From: Callorhinchus milii
Lineage: Eukaryota
Assembly (NCBI RefSeq): GCF_018977255.1
Contig: NW_024704742.1
Coordinates: 127,164,001-127,228,000, forward strand
Direction: 5' to 3'
Length of the DNA: 64,000 nt
The notes under the pieces were generated by a model. That model was given only the letters and a program-made list of their open reading frames with translations, did not search any database and was not told the DNA's origin. The translations under genes and the position numbers were made by a program. Below are positions 1-13,344 of the stretch, one piece after another. Numbering within the stretch: the stretch's first letter is position 1; each line of letters begins with the position of its first letter.

Positions 1-516
1 TGTCCCAAGGCGCTGGTATAATTGTATAATAATTGATTCAAGTCCAAGAGGTAAACACAGGTGTGGATTGGAATTTACAACCATGTGATGTACCAGCCTG
101 TGTGAGATATAAGAATCTTAATAGGAAGGACTGGATATTTTGGCCAATGAGACACTTTTCATGACTGATTGTGGCGTTTTCATCACTATATTGTGTACTT
201 GGGAAAGAAGAAACCCTTTGATACGTTTAAATTCATATTGGCACTTTGAAAAGAATAATTACCTGTTTGCTGATCAGTGTAATTCTTGTTGACAACAAAA
301 AAATTACGTTTATGTAGAGGCTTTCATGTCGGGAGGATGTCCCAAGGGAGAGAATTTTATCTGGTGCCCTAGCCAAACAATCCCCCAAATAAAATTGGTC
401 ACTCACTTCATTGCTGTTTGTGGGGCATTGCCGTGCACAAATTGGCTGCTGCATTTCCCTACAAATACACACTACACTACAATAAAATCCTGTGAAGTGC
501 TTTGAGACGTTTCAAT

Positions 517-789
517 GAGAGACCCGGGTTCAGTTCCCAGCAGGGTGAAACCTTGGGCAAATTTCCTTACTCCACACACCTGATAATAACCCCTCAAGAA
601 AAAAAAGCAATAACAATTTGGTCACTCAATCCACAACTGTTTGTGGGACACTGCTGTGCGCAATTGGCTGCCGCGTTTCACCCACAAATATACAGTCAAT
701 TCACTTTACAGTATATTCTGTGAAGCATTTTGAGAAGTCTAGAAGACGTGAAAAGCACTAGATCAAATGCAAGGATTATTATTATTATT
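517..789 (+). mobile_element. 5'-truncated tRNA-derived SINE with (TTA)n tail
   Basis: Matches the SINE at 18877-19200 from the B box onward. Confidence 0.85.
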
Positions 790-822
790 GAACTTTGCTG
801 TCCTTTTTATTTTCCAATTTAG

Positions 823-891
823 GGTGTGATAAATCTGGAATCGTTGGGAAAGAAGGGTTACAACATCCCCAAAGCAGGAACCATCCAAGTG
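823..891 (+). CDS. ATOSB: ATOSB/FAM214B internal coding exon (GVINLESLGKKGYNIPKAGTIQV)
   Basis: AG/GT-bounded 69-nt exon that matches the Atos-family motif G.V.L..LG.KGY..PK.GTIQV and joins in phase 0 to the next exon; paralog call supported by synteny with STOML2/PIGO. Confidence 0.88.
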
Positions 892-1532
892 GTGAGTGTG
901 TTTGGGTCATAACTACACCTTTTATTCTAAGGATAATTACAAAACATACACATGTTCAGATTTAATTTTTTGTTTGTTTTTCAGTCTAAGCGCATGATAG
1001 TTTTCCTTAAATATTTCCTGAAATGTTAACAGCCTGAATTTTAAAAGTGAAGTTTCACCAGCACAGACTCGATGCACCAAGTGGCCTCCATCTGTGCTAT
1101 AATTTCTATGAATTTTTCTTAAATTATAAATTGGACTGCTCTTTATTAGCCTCATTTCTGCCTGTATGTATGTACATTACAATGATCAATTCTTGCATTT
1201 GATAAAGAGTGTTTCACATCAGGAGGACACCTCAGATACCATCATGAGATTTACTGTTAAGTGTAGTGACTGTGTATATTGTAAGTTCATGATTATTATT
1301 TACCTGATCTGGTTTATACGCAACTCTGACCTTCTGCACTCTTCTTCCCTCCCCTCCCCCCATCCCCATTCAGCTCCACATACTATACGTGTAAGCATGA
1401 CATCTCCTGACCAGCCCAAATGTTTGGGTTCTTGCCGTTTGCTGATACACTTTACACCAGTTGTCCCAGCAAGAGTGCCCCATTTTTAATACATGGTTTC
1501 AACCTTTTAGAATGACCCTCACCGCCCCCCCC

Positions 1533-1580
1533 AACACACACACACACCACACACAAACATAAACACACACACACACACAG
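1533..1580. repeat. Interrupted (CA)n microsatellite
   Basis: Visible acacacac tracts. Confidence 0.85.
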
Positions 1581-4500
1581 TAGTAGAGCATGGATTTAGT
1601 TGGAGCACAGGACTACTGTGAGCTGGGACTAGAAGTCCGAATCAGCCATCTTCCCATGCTCAAAAAATGGATGATTTTCAGGTTGTTAGCTGACTGCTAA
1701 TGGTGCTTCATGAAGGAACAGCAACAACAATAACTTGCACTTATATAGCGCCCTCCCTGCAGGGTAGCGTCTCAGAGCGCTTAAGTGATATCAGCTGCAC
1801 TCCTGGTGCATAGAGCAAATGCACAGATAGGGAAGTAACTTTAGCAATGCTTACTGCACATTGTGGTAAGAAAGGCAGTAGTCTGATGATTTGGAAAGCG
1901 GCTATTTTTCTCACTTGCTGCCCTTGGTGGTGAAAGATTGATTGATCGATGATGCTTTCTTTGGTCTACAAATGAAAGTGTCACGGAGTGTCGTGCAGGT
2001 ATAAACTCGTATTCCTTCCTTTAGTCATTGTGAGGGAATGGCCAAGCAGCCGTCAGGTGCTCACTACAGAGAAAAGACACAAAGGTGACTATAACACAAA
2101 CTATATCCGTGTGGTGTGGTCAAAAGCACCAGAACAGATTACCGACATACCTTATTGTCTGGGAATTGTATGTAACATAGCATGACCGAATTGGAGAAGT
2201 GGCTAAGAAGAACATGTTGTCTTTACCAAATGTAAAAACAAATATACGTAGTGTTTTTGTATCACATCTGTTTCAAGTTCTAGCATTAGTTCTAAAATCC
2301 TCAACAAGTATGATCTGTGATATATGCCAAATAATTTTCCAAAGATAGATTGTTACATTAAATTATCACATTAACAGAGTATGTCCTTTATTTTAGAAAT
2401 TTTGCATAGGTGATAAAAATTCCCATTAAAATTTGAATTCTTGAATGGAATTGAAAAGCATTGGTTCCGATAACAATTCTATGAATCGGTTTTATTTTCC
2501 ATATATGTTCTTACTTAACAATCTTTTCACATATACCAAGTGGGATAGGGAAAATTGCATCTAGTTATTTATTGTATGGTTTATTGCATTTATCTATTGT
2601 ATGGTTTAAATGTTTCATTACACAGTAAATACCTTGATAGCAATCATCTTTGTATGTGACTCTTGTGATCCCAAATTTCATTCTCAAAAGGAATGAGTCT
2701 CCCAGAGAAAGAGAGAGAGAAAGAGACCATATATTTAATTTCCCACCTGAGAGAAGATGTTTTGCTGGAGTTCCAGCAAGTAGCCAATTTTTAGTTTGAT
2801 TTTAGTGCCAAAATTGGCAAAGATACTGGCTAATGCCTGCACAGGTTAATGGGGGCGAGGTTCGGGGCAGGGGTGGGGGGGGGGAGATTAACTTGTCAAA
2901 TAAATCAGTGGGGCGGCTTTAATTTCTAGCCAGGAAATGACTTGGACGTCGCTAGTAAGTTGCGTTTATAGTGAAGAAATAATTTCTTCTTTGGGATGAT
3001 TGTTTTTTTAAAAAAAACCTTCTTGCAGAAATGCTTCTTCTTCCCCCCCCACCCGTTCATCCCACTTCCCACATATGGTTTATCTTTTAAAATATCCTTT
3101 ATGGTCAAGACAATTGAATAACTAAAACGTCACATCTGGAGCAAAAGCCTCTCCAATGCCTCAATGCACTTCTCCATTTGGTACAGAGCCAATACAAATT
3201 GGGCAGGTTCCAGCTTTAATCCCTCCTGAGGTAACTGAATTCAGCCAAGTTAAGACAGACTGTAATTAACATTAGTACCCCTGAGCTGAAGAGGACAAAA
3301 CCAGCAGTTAAGGTTACTGTACTTGATCATTATCAATGAACCCTGACTGAAAAGTGCCAACCCCAGCCCCGGATGTGAACCCCTCTAAATTCATTGTTCA
3401 ACGGTCATTTTGGCAAAGTACTAGAGAGCTCCCGTACTTGCCACTGTATCTGACCGGTCAACACCTTCAGGGGAGATGTGGAGAAAGTTGGATGGGAGAA
3501 GAGAGAATATGGTTATCATTAACGAATCTAGGCCTGGAATGGTGTTTTCACTTTTGTTTTCTTGTTAGGGGTTTTCATAATTATTATTTTGGTTATGAAA
3601 AAGAAAAAGAAAATGTTTAAGTCTTAAGTGTACTTTATAGCTAGTTGCCAGTTCCACTTCTCTAAAAGCCGTGTAAAACCTCTTGGTGCTTGCACTTTAT
3701 TAAGGCATAGAAATATCTTACAAGGTATTAATGGTGATGGGACTAATTAATTCTGCACCATTATTGTCGTCCCTCTTTAAAGGATTTCGCCAATGAAAAA
3801 AGGCAACATTGTAAATTTCAAGCTACCTGAATTGGCAAGGGAAGTTGGTTCCAGTTAATGCATAAAATACACTGGATTATGGAATACTTCCTTGAGCTAT
3901 TTGCTACTATAGACTCATTTTTAAACCAATGCTATGTGATAAATGTCTGTTTTGAAAGATGCACAGGATCTCCACAGACTTTCTGGAACTATTTAATGGA
4001 TTATTTTTTGGACTCTTTCCTTCCACCCCTGTCAAACCAATCGTTGTTTACACTAGAGACGTTGTGCTGCTCTACAGCAAGTATTATATTTCAATTCTCC
4101 AATGTAAACCTTCCTGATTGAGCTGCAGTGCTGCCAAGACCATAACCAATCTTGCCTGCCTTGGAGCTAGTTCTTTACTAGTTTCATATCTTTGATGCAA
4201 TCCCAAAAATAGAAGAGTTTTGGTTTAAATGCTCAATACGATTCTTGGCCCAACACCAATTGCTACTTTGAGCTGTTTTGTTTTGAAGAGTAGATTGGTG
4301 TCAGCCTGGCTTAGTCGTTTGCGTTCTCACCTCCAAGTCAGAAGGTCTTTGACCGGGACTTTGAACTCAGTCTAGGCTGACCCTCCAGTGTAATGCTGGA
4401 TGCAGTCGTTTGGATGAGACATTAACCCAAGTCCTCCCTCCCTGTTCAGTTTGGATGTTGAAGATTCTACAAATCAAAAAGAGAGCTCTATACACAAATT

Positions 4501-4739
4501 GGCTGCTCCATTCGTCTATAAAATACACAGTCATTACAGTTTAATATTAAATCCTGTGGAGCGTTTTTGAATGTCCTCACAATGTGAAAAATATCTGGAT
4601 GCAGTTTGTTCTCGTGTTAATGAAGGAATTTCCAGATTTCTGTGTTTTCAGGGGGATAGTTTTTAACCATTAACTTGATTTTGTGTGTGTGCATGTCTTT
4701 TTATGTAATGTACATAACCAATTTGCTATTCAATTACAG

Positions 4740-4936
4740 ACCTTATTCAACCCAAACAAAACCGTGGTGAAAATGTTTCTAGTGACTTATGACTTCAGTG
4801 ACATGCCACCAAACCACATGACATTTTTGCGTCACAGGATCTTTCTCGTGCCTGTAGAAGAAAATGAAGGAACGCATCACAATACGGAAAATTTGGAAGC
4901 AAAGAAAAAAGTACTGTGTCATCTGATCCATTTGAG
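4740..4936 (+). CDS. ATOSB: ATOSB penultimate coding exon, copy 1 (TLFNPNKTVVKMFLVTYDFSDMPPNHMTFLRHRIFLVP...LCHLIHLR)
   Basis: ttacag|ACC...TTGAG|gtatgc, 197 nt; Atos C-terminal domain; HMTFLRHR.FLVP resembles ATOSB more than ATOSA (recalled sequences). Confidence 0.88.
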
Positions 4937-5062
4937 GTATGCTGCTTTTAATGGCACGTGTTTGTTTATATACTATACTGTAATCTCGCTTTTGATCTGC
5001 ATAGGATGTTCCAAATGATGTATCAGATGATGAGGCAGTTCCTTATCCATTTAATTTATAAC

Positions 5063-5423
5063 ATAATAATAATCCTTGCATTTGATATTGCATCTTATCG
5101 CGTCATTGAGATATCTCAAAGCACTTCACAGACTATATATTAAAGTGAATTGACTGTATTTTGGGGCAAACCGTGGCAGCCAGTTGAGCACAGCAGTGTC
5201 CCACAAATGGTTGTGGATTGAGTGACCACTTTTTTTTGAGGGATTATTTCTCCTAGAGAGCGATCTGCGAATCGACTAACAATCAGTTTCCTACTTTACT
5301 GCAAGGCAAACAGCGGTGTGTGGAGTAAGGAAACTTGCCTGTGGTTTTTCCGTGCCCAGGAAGTGAACCCGTGTCTTCTCGTTTGCAAGGCGAAAGTGCT
5401 AACCATTACACCAGATGGGACTC
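5063..5423 (-). mobile_element. Full-length SINE, variant subfamily (duplicated at 8584-8944)
   Basis: Reverse complement of tRNA-like head, core and (TTA)n tail. Confidence 0.85.
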
Positions 5424-5448
5424 TAATTTTCTACTTTCTGGATATTAA

Positions 5449-5593
5449 CGTGCTTTCGAACACCCTGCTTTCTCCCCTGCCCTCCACCCTCCCCGATCCC
5501 GACCCCCAGCTTGGGTCCAAAACTTTGTCCAGCGCCTCGGGATGTCCTCCCAACGTGAAAGGCGCTTTACAAATGTAATTTTGTTGTTGTTGT
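5449..5593 (+). mobile_element. L2 LINE 3' fragment with stem-loop and (TTG)n tail
   Basis: agcgcctcgggatgtcctcccaacgtgaaaggcgct...ttgttgttg. Confidence 0.85.
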
Positions 5594-7240
5594 TATCTTC
5601 ACTGGACACAATATTCTATTGGTGGTCCAACTGAGGATTTATATAGGTTTAGCATAGCCTCTTTGCCTTTATATTCTATACCCCTTGCTATAAAACCTAA
5701 GATTTCATTAGCTTTTTTGACAACTTTGTCACCTGCCTTCTCATCTTCAAGGATTTATGTACCTTGACCTCCTAAGTTTTTGCTCCTTTTAATATTTTAC
5801 AACCCAAAGTATAGTTGTTCTCCTTATTCTTCCTCCCAAAATGTTCACAATTATCCACATTAAATTTCATTTGCCATTTCTCTACCCAATCAAGTAATCT
5901 TCTATGTCCACGTGAAGTTGCTTACAGTCTTCTTCACTCTTAGCTACATTCCCTATTTTTGTGTCACCTGAAAACAGAGATTGTGTCGCTTATATGAAAA
6001 AACATATCATTTATATGAATGGAGAAAAGCAGTGGTCCTAACACTGACCCTTGAGGGACATCACTATTTACATCTCTGCAATGCAAACAACTACCCTGTA
6101 CTCCCATTCTCCGCTTCCTATCCTTTAACCAACTATCTATCCATGTTGGTATCTTACCATTGTTATTAATAATAATAATAATCCTTGCATTTGATATAGC
6201 GCTTTTCACGTTTTCTAGATGTCTCAAAGTGCTTCACAGAATATACTGTAATGCTAAGTGCTCTGATTTTTTTTAACAAGCCTCCTATGTGGCACCTTAT
6301 GAAAAGTCTTCAGAAAAATCCATATGTACCACATCCATAGTGTTACCTTCATCCGTTTTCTTGGTTCCCTCATCAAAAAACTATTGGACAGGCAAGATTT
6401 GATTTTAACAAATCCGTGCTAACTGTCTTGAATCAACCCAAGTCTTTCCAAGTTATCAATATTGTCTCATATAATAGCTTCTAAACATTTGCCTATTATG
6501 GATATTAGACTGACTGGTCTATAATTACTCGGTTGATCCCATTCCCTCTTTTTAAACTAAGTTGTTACATTAGCTTAACAAAAAATTCAATCCAAAATGT
6601 TTGTGGGACACTGCTGTGCAATTAGCTGCCAGGTTTTGCCTACAAAATATACAATCAATTCACCTTACAGTATATTCTGTGAAGCGCTTTGGGACGTCTC
6701 GAAGACCTGATAAAACGCTATATCAAATACAAGGATTATAACACTTCCTTTCTATCGTTTCCCTTCTAAATGCTGCACATCCACCTCATATATACTCACT
6801 GTCGCTCTCTTCTGTAAAAAATTGAGGTGGAATACTCATTAAGTATCTCTGGCCATACATTCATTTTCTGTTCCCTGATTTCCCTCTTTGTTTCTAATTG
6901 GCCTTTTTCTTTAACTATTCTTTTACTTTTTATGTGTTTATAAAGTCCTTTACTATTTTTCTTTATGTTTCCTCCTTGTCTTTCCTCATATATCCCCTTG
7001 GTCTTTTGAATCTCCTTTTTTAATTCCCATCTATATTTTCTGTATGCTCCCTGATTTTCTTTCAGATTGCTATCTTTACATTTATTGTGCACCTTTTATT
7101 TTCATTTTAATTTGTCTATTCATCCAAGGCAATACGGCTTTATTAATTGGTGGTATATGTCTATTTTTTACTCTGTTTATCTTGGCTTTTAAAGTTTCCC
7201 ACTGCGTATCTACTGTCTTATCTGCCAGCTTTTTTCAAAA
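5594..7240 (-). mobile_element. Degraded CR1 LINE ORF2 fragment with nested SINE pieces
   Basis: Minus-strand ORFs WIDSWLKDRKRR...[20 protein letters not shown] and IKKNSKGLYKHIKSKR, typical of CR1 RT. Confidence 0.85.
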
Positions 7241-7670
7241 TATTTGCTGGCTTCGCACACCCAAAAAAATTGGCCAACATCTGACTTGTTGGATTAACAC
7301 TGATGCAATTTCCTGCGCATGTGCCTCAGTAACTATTCTGTTCTACATATGTGAGTCTGGATTGTAGCTAACTGGCTCCTGTTTGTGTTTAATCCTGATA
7401 TTGGGTTTCTAAAATGACTAAATATTCAATTCCTTATTGTTGACATCCTTTGCCTATATGAACATAAAAAGTACATAATAAAACGTTTTAATAGATTACT
7501 GAATGAATATCAACAACTTAGGAGCCCATTTGATCCCTGAATCCAAACCCACTCTTATCATTCATTCACACATGGTAACCCTTCAACAACAACAACAACA
7601 AGATTCCATTTATTGAGCGCCTTTCACGTCGGGAGGACGTCCCAAGGCGCTGTACAGTTGGGTCAGGACC

Positions 7671-7695
7671 NNNNNNNNNNNNNNNNNNNNNNNNN
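7671..7695. other. Assembly gap (25 N)
   Basis: Run of N. Confidence 1.
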
Positions 7696-8260
7696 TTACT
7701 AGTTTCATATCTTTGATGCAATCCCAAAAATAGAAGAGTTTTGGTTTAAATGCTCAATACGATTCTTGGCCCAACACCAATTGCTACTTTGAGCTGTTTT
7801 GTTTTGAAGAGTAGATTGGTGTCAGCCTGGCTTAGTCGTTTGCGTTCTCACCTCCAAGTCAGAAGGTCTTTGACCGGGACTTTGAACTCAGTCTAGGCTG
7901 ACCCTCCAGTGTAATGCTGGATGCAGTCGTTTGGATGAGACATTAACCCAAGTCCTCCCTCCCTGTTCAGTTTGGATGTTGAAGATTCTACAAATCAAAA
8001 AGAGAGCTCTATACACAAATTGGCTGCTCCATTCGTCTATAAAATACACAGTCATTACAGTTTAATATTAAATCCTGTGGAGCGTATTTGAATGTCCTCA
8101 CAATGTGAAAAATATCTGGATGCAGTTTGTTCTCGTGTTAATGAAGGAATTTCCAGATTTCTGTGTTTTCAGGGGGATAGTTTTTAACCATTAACTTGAT
8201 TTTGTGTGTGTGCATGTCTTTTTATGTAATGTACATAACCAATTTGCTATTCAATTACAG

Positions 8261-8457
8261 ACCTTATTCAACCCAAACAAAACCGTGGTGAAAATGTTTC
8301 TAGTGACTTATGACTTCAGTGACATGCCACCAAACCACATGACATTTTTGCGTCACAGGATCTTTCTCGTGCCTGTAGAAGAAAATGAAGGAACGCATCA
8401 CAATACGGAAAATTTGGAAGCAAAGAAAAAAGTACTGTGTCATCTGATCCATTTGAG
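8261..8457 (+). CDS. ATOSB: ATOSB penultimate coding exon, identical copy 2 (probably a second haplotype)
   Basis: Same sequence as 4740-4936, inside a duplicated block that starts right after the N gap. Confidence 0.7.
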
Positions 8458-9760
8458 GTATGCTGCTTTTAATGGCACGTGTTTGTTTATATACTATACT
8501 GTAATCTCGCTTTTGATCTGCATAGGATGTTCCAAATGATGTATCAGATGATGAGGCAGTTCCTTATCCATTTAATTTATAACATAATAATAATCCTTGC
8601 ATTTGATATTGCATCTTATCGCGTCATTGAGATATCTCAAAGCACTTCACAGACTATATATTAAAGTGAATTGACTGTATATTTGGGGCAAACCGTGGCA
8701 GCCAGTTGAGCACAGCAGTGTCCCACAAATGGTTGTGGATTGAGTGACCACTTTTTTTGAGGGATTATTTCTCCTAGAGAGCGATCTGCGAATCGACTAA
8801 CAATCAGTTTCCTACTTTACTGCAAGGCAAACAGCGGTGTGTGGAGTAAGGAAACTTGCCTGTGGTTTTTCCGTGCCCAGGAAGTGAACCCGTGTCTTCT
8901 CGTTTGCAAGGCGAAAGTGCTAACCATTACACCAGATGGGACTCTAATTTTCTACTTTCTGGATATTAAAAACGCGAATCTTTACACAACCAAGAGTCTT
9001 GACTGAGATTTTAAAAGATTGTGCTGTAACTTTTTTTTTCCTCTCCTGTGCTAATGAAAGCTGGATTTTTAAGATTCCTTTCTGCATTTTCACCGGGTTA
9101 AAATGAAAACTCATCGCATCGTACCTTACTTAAGAGCACCTTCTTTATCAGGACTTCAAGGCCTATGAAGCATCTTATTTCCTTTAGCCTTTTCTTCATT
9201 CTATAGTTTTATTTTAAGACAAGTGTCGTGTTGCCCATGGACTACTTGATCTATTTAATCTCTGTTGGCTGAATTATTATAATAATAATCCTAACATTTG
9301 AAATAATGTCTTTGATCTCAGGAGGACATTTTGAAGAACTTCATAGAAATTACTGTGAAGTGGAATGCCTGAGTTTTGTGGGTGAATACGTTCAGCTGTC
9401 CTTTGTGTCCTGCAGGTTATTTGCTGGCTTCGCACACCCAAAAAAATTGGCCAACATCTGACTTGTTGGATTAACACTGATGCAATTTCCTGCGCATGTG
9501 CCTCAGTAACTATTCTGTTCTACATATGTGAGTCTGGATTGTAGCTAACTGGCTCCTGTTTGTGTTTAATCCTGATATTGGGTTTCTAAAATGACTAAAT
9601 ATTCAATTCCTTATTGTTGACATCCTTTGCCTATATGAACATAAAAAGTACATAATAAAACGTTTTAATAGATTACTGAATGAATATCAACAACTTAGGA
9701 GCCCATTTGATCCCTGAATCCAAACCCACTCTTATCATTCATTCACACATGGTAACCCTT

Positions 9761-10060
9761 CAACAACAACAACAACAAGATTCCATTTATTGAGCGCCTT
9801 TCACGTCGGGAGGACGTCCCAAGGCGCTGTACAGTTGGGTCAGGACCCGAGCAGGGGGGAAATGGTCAGGGTGAGGGGAGGGAAGGGAGGGAGCGAGGAG
9901 GGGGGATATGGTCAGGTTGAGGGGAGGGAAGGGAGGGAGCGAGGAGGGGGTAGAGAGTCGAGAGGGGAGCTGAAGGCACGGTCGAAGAGAAAGGTCTTGA
10001 GACCGGCCTTGAAGGAGGAAAGGGAGGAGGCGGCGAAGGCACTGGGGGATGGAGTTCCAG
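9761..10060 (-). mobile_element. L2 LINE 3' fragment
   Basis: (CAA)n tail, stem-loop, 3'UTR minisatellite and [11 protein letters not shown] coding end. Confidence 0.9.
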
Positions 10061-12696
10061 AATAAGTTCAGTAGCTTATTCAGGTGGTCATTGTTATTTG
10101 ACTGTAGAGGGCATTGACCTGAGCGTGATCTTGGCCCTCTCACATCTTTCAGACCTTCCAGCAGAGCGTTACTAGAGACTGATCAGAAAAGCAGAACCAT
10201 TATTGATTTCCTTAAGTCCCCTTCTCCCTCTCTTCCTCCCCCCCCCCTCCCCCCCCCCCCAACACACACACATACACAAAACAAATCAGAGCGCCAAGGC
10301 GAACTTTAGCACTGCAAATGCTGTTCCAACAGATCGGCTTCTTCAGACCAGGCTAGGAGTTGAACTTTGGAAATGCTTGATGGCACGTAGCCAGTAAGCT
10401 GCTTATGGGAGTTGCCATATGCAGCTCCAATTTTTGTACATGGCTGAGAAATAATATAACAACGGCCCCGTTGTTCAAAATTGCAAGCTTTTCCTTACAT
10501 ATTTATCTTGCAAACTAGTAGTAAAACTGAGCTTTTTGTTTGGCATTTCAAAAGGTCCCCATAACAGCAACTCACTCAAGAGCTTGTACAAGTCCAGGTT
10601 GTAATGGAAGCCATGACTGAAAAGTGATGCAACATTCATGAAATCATTGCAGTTAAAAGCATAGAAGTGTCACTGGGTAGTTACCTCCAACCTGTGCAGT
10701 CTCTGTGATCAAAAACTCTTTGCTGCCTTTGATAGGCCCTTGGAATAGTATATTAGTCACAGTAGTTAAAAGGCAATAAGTAAAATAAAATAGATAACAA
10801 TAGAAATTACTTAATCAAATAAAATGGAAAAATTCTGACAACTTATGGAAATATTGGATCATGCAGATTATGTTTGCATGAGAAGAAAATATGTTCATGA
10901 TGTGCATTTTTTCAAAGCTCAATTCTTTTCTGGGAATTTCCAAGAATTATTTGATATGGTCCACATGCTACAGTTGTAACACTTACAGACCTCAGATGGG
11001 AAAATGGAGTTTGAATTTGTCTCGACTCACCTCATCACACTGAGCCATCGCTTAGAAACAACACTGATCTGATGACGATGCCGTTGAGCACTGATCCAGT
11101 AGGTTCTTCCTTGTGGGTTACAAGAAACAAAACTGGTGTCTGGACTAAGTCTGCCCAAAACACATTCAGGACTAACATGAGAAAGGACAACTATTACAAA
11201 ATAATCTTCTTAGGGAAAGTGAACCTAATTCATGGAGTCGTAAAATATTATAGCACAGACTCGGTTTCAATAGTTTAATTGGCGTTTAGTCATTTTCATT
11301 ATCAACCAAACTGTGATCAGTGTCACTGTTTATTTTTCAGTTTTACAGAAAAAAAACAGTAAGATCAGCAAACAGACTGGAATTGTGAACAAATTAGCAG
11401 GTTGAACCCACTAATGAGTTTGTGTTGCTGTAAAGTTAAGTTTCCAGTGCTTGTTTCAGGCAGAAATTCAAAATAAGTGCCTCAGTCTTTCAAACCAAAG
11501 GTTTGCACTGAAATGAATTTGTAGAGCAATTTTTTACTGGATTGACAATTTGTAAGACTGAATGATAAAAATAAGTATAAGGAGTAACTATTTTCAGAAA
11601 AGAATCACTGCTGTTTTAGCCAAGTTGTGAGGTAGTCAGTGCCTGGAGGCCATATCGTTAATTACAGGGTATGAAACTTACAGGATCAAAATTGCCGGAA
11701 GCTGGACCAGAGGCCACCGATATTCAATCTCATCTGCTCTCTCCAGAACTTGTTTTCCCACCAGATGGAGGCGTAGAAACTTATTCACGTCTTCAAACCG
11801 TAGCTGAGATTAGCCGATACAAAGCAGGATTTGATGCCCACTATGGATAGAGTCCTTTCTTTTCTGTCCTGTCTGAGAGGGAGTGGAGCATGGAAACTCT
11901 TGTATTACCAAAACAAAAAAGAGGCAAACAAAATTTCAGAATGATTACAAACAGATTTCCACATCTCTGACATAATTGCAGCAAGTGTACCTGATGCTTT
12001 GATGAATGATTTTTGTAAATGTTACATCACTTTACTGGACATGCTTGCATTATATCTTGACCTTTTACAAGCTCTTGACTGTTGTCCCTAATATGTTGGG
12101 TCATTGTATTTTGTAATGCAGAGCAAAGATGGGTTATGCTACTAGCTTGGAGGTATATTAATCCTTGGGTATGTACAGACAGTGGGTGTGTGTGGTTGCC
12201 TCTTGTGGTTTCATGGGTAAATGCACCATGTGATATGGCATTGAGCCTGACAGACCAGGATTTAGCTGACGGCAATGGGATGCTGCAGTTGACCGCCCTC
12301 AGTTGGAAAGGGGAAACAGAAGAGTTTAATTCCTGGATGTGACTTGAGGATGGCCCCACTGATGGACTACATAGTTCACTTGGTTGCCACGCTAACTGTT
12401 TGGGTTGATGCAAAAAAAATGACTACTTTATGAGTTACTAGAGGGGAAAGGAAGGAGGAAAATTAAAAAAAGAAAAAAATACACGTGTTTTTTGTCCATT
12501 GCAAATTCAGATTTTTTTTGAAGTATTCTCTAATGGTTCTCCATATGTCCAGCGAGCATTATGTTTTGTAAGAAATAAAGTATTTTGTAAGAAATATACG
12601 GCTGAGCCCATTGTCATCGATTATTAGACATCTTTCGTTGTTTTACATTGCGCAATAACCAGGCGTGATCATTTTCTATTTTTATTTCCTCTCTAG

Positions 12697-12849
12697 TATT
12701 CTCGAAGAGGAATACCACAGGCGTTGTTAACACCAACACAGCAGCGATGTGCATCAAATCTACCCATGAACACAGTCATGCTATTTGTTCCACAACAGGA
12801 AGCATGGGTGATCGAAAGGATGGGACGTTTTCACAGAATACTGGATCCA
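12697..12849 (+). CDS. STOML2: STOML2 (stomatin-like protein 2) exon 2
   Basis: ctctag|TAT...CCA|gtaagt; encodes ...LPMNTVMLFVPQQEAWVIERMGRFHRILDP. Confidence 0.95.
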
Positions 12850-12865
12850 GTAAGTTTTAGCATCA

Positions 12866-13344
12866 ATCATAGAATCATAGAATTATACAGCACAGAAGGG
12901 GGCCATTCGGCTCATTGTGTCTGTGCCAGCTCTTTGAAAAGATCCCACTCCCCGCTCTCTCCCCAAGGTCCTGCAAACTTGTCTTCCCCAAATAATTATC
13001 TACTCTCTTAAAAGTTGTTATTGAATCGGCTTCCACCACCCTTTCAGACAATGCATTCCAGATCTGAACAACTTGCTCTGTGAAAAGAATTTTCCTCACC
13101 TCCCCACTGGTTCCTTTAACAACTATTTTAAATCAGTGTCCTTGGGTTACTGACCCACTCACCAGTAGAAATAGTTTCTCCTTGTTCACCCTATCGAATC
13201 CCCTCATAATTTTGAAAACTTCCATTAAGTCTCCTCTTAACCTTCGCTGCTCCAAGAAGAATAATCCTCGCTTCTCCAGCCTCTCCTGATAACCAAAGTC
13301 CCTCATTCCTGGTACCATCCTGGTAAACCTCCTTTGTACCCTCA
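12866..13344 (-). mobile_element. CR1 LINE 3' fragment with (ATTCTATG)n tail
   Basis: RVQRRFTRMVPGMR...RRLRGDLMEVFKIM, the CR1 ORF2 C-terminus; octamer tail. Confidence 0.92.

Larger units (their letters stand above)
4175..9847. repeat. Near-identical duplicated blocks around an assembly gap: 4175-5448 = 7696-8969 and 7241-7670 = 9418-9847
   Basis: Direct comparison shows only a few SNP/indel differences; N gap at 7671-7695. Confidence 0.92.

Noticed and set aside
12564..12596. Short direct duplications (ttttgtaagaaata x2; also near 22017 and 29336)
   Set aside because: Ordinary slippage-type micro-duplications in non-coding DNA with no functional link
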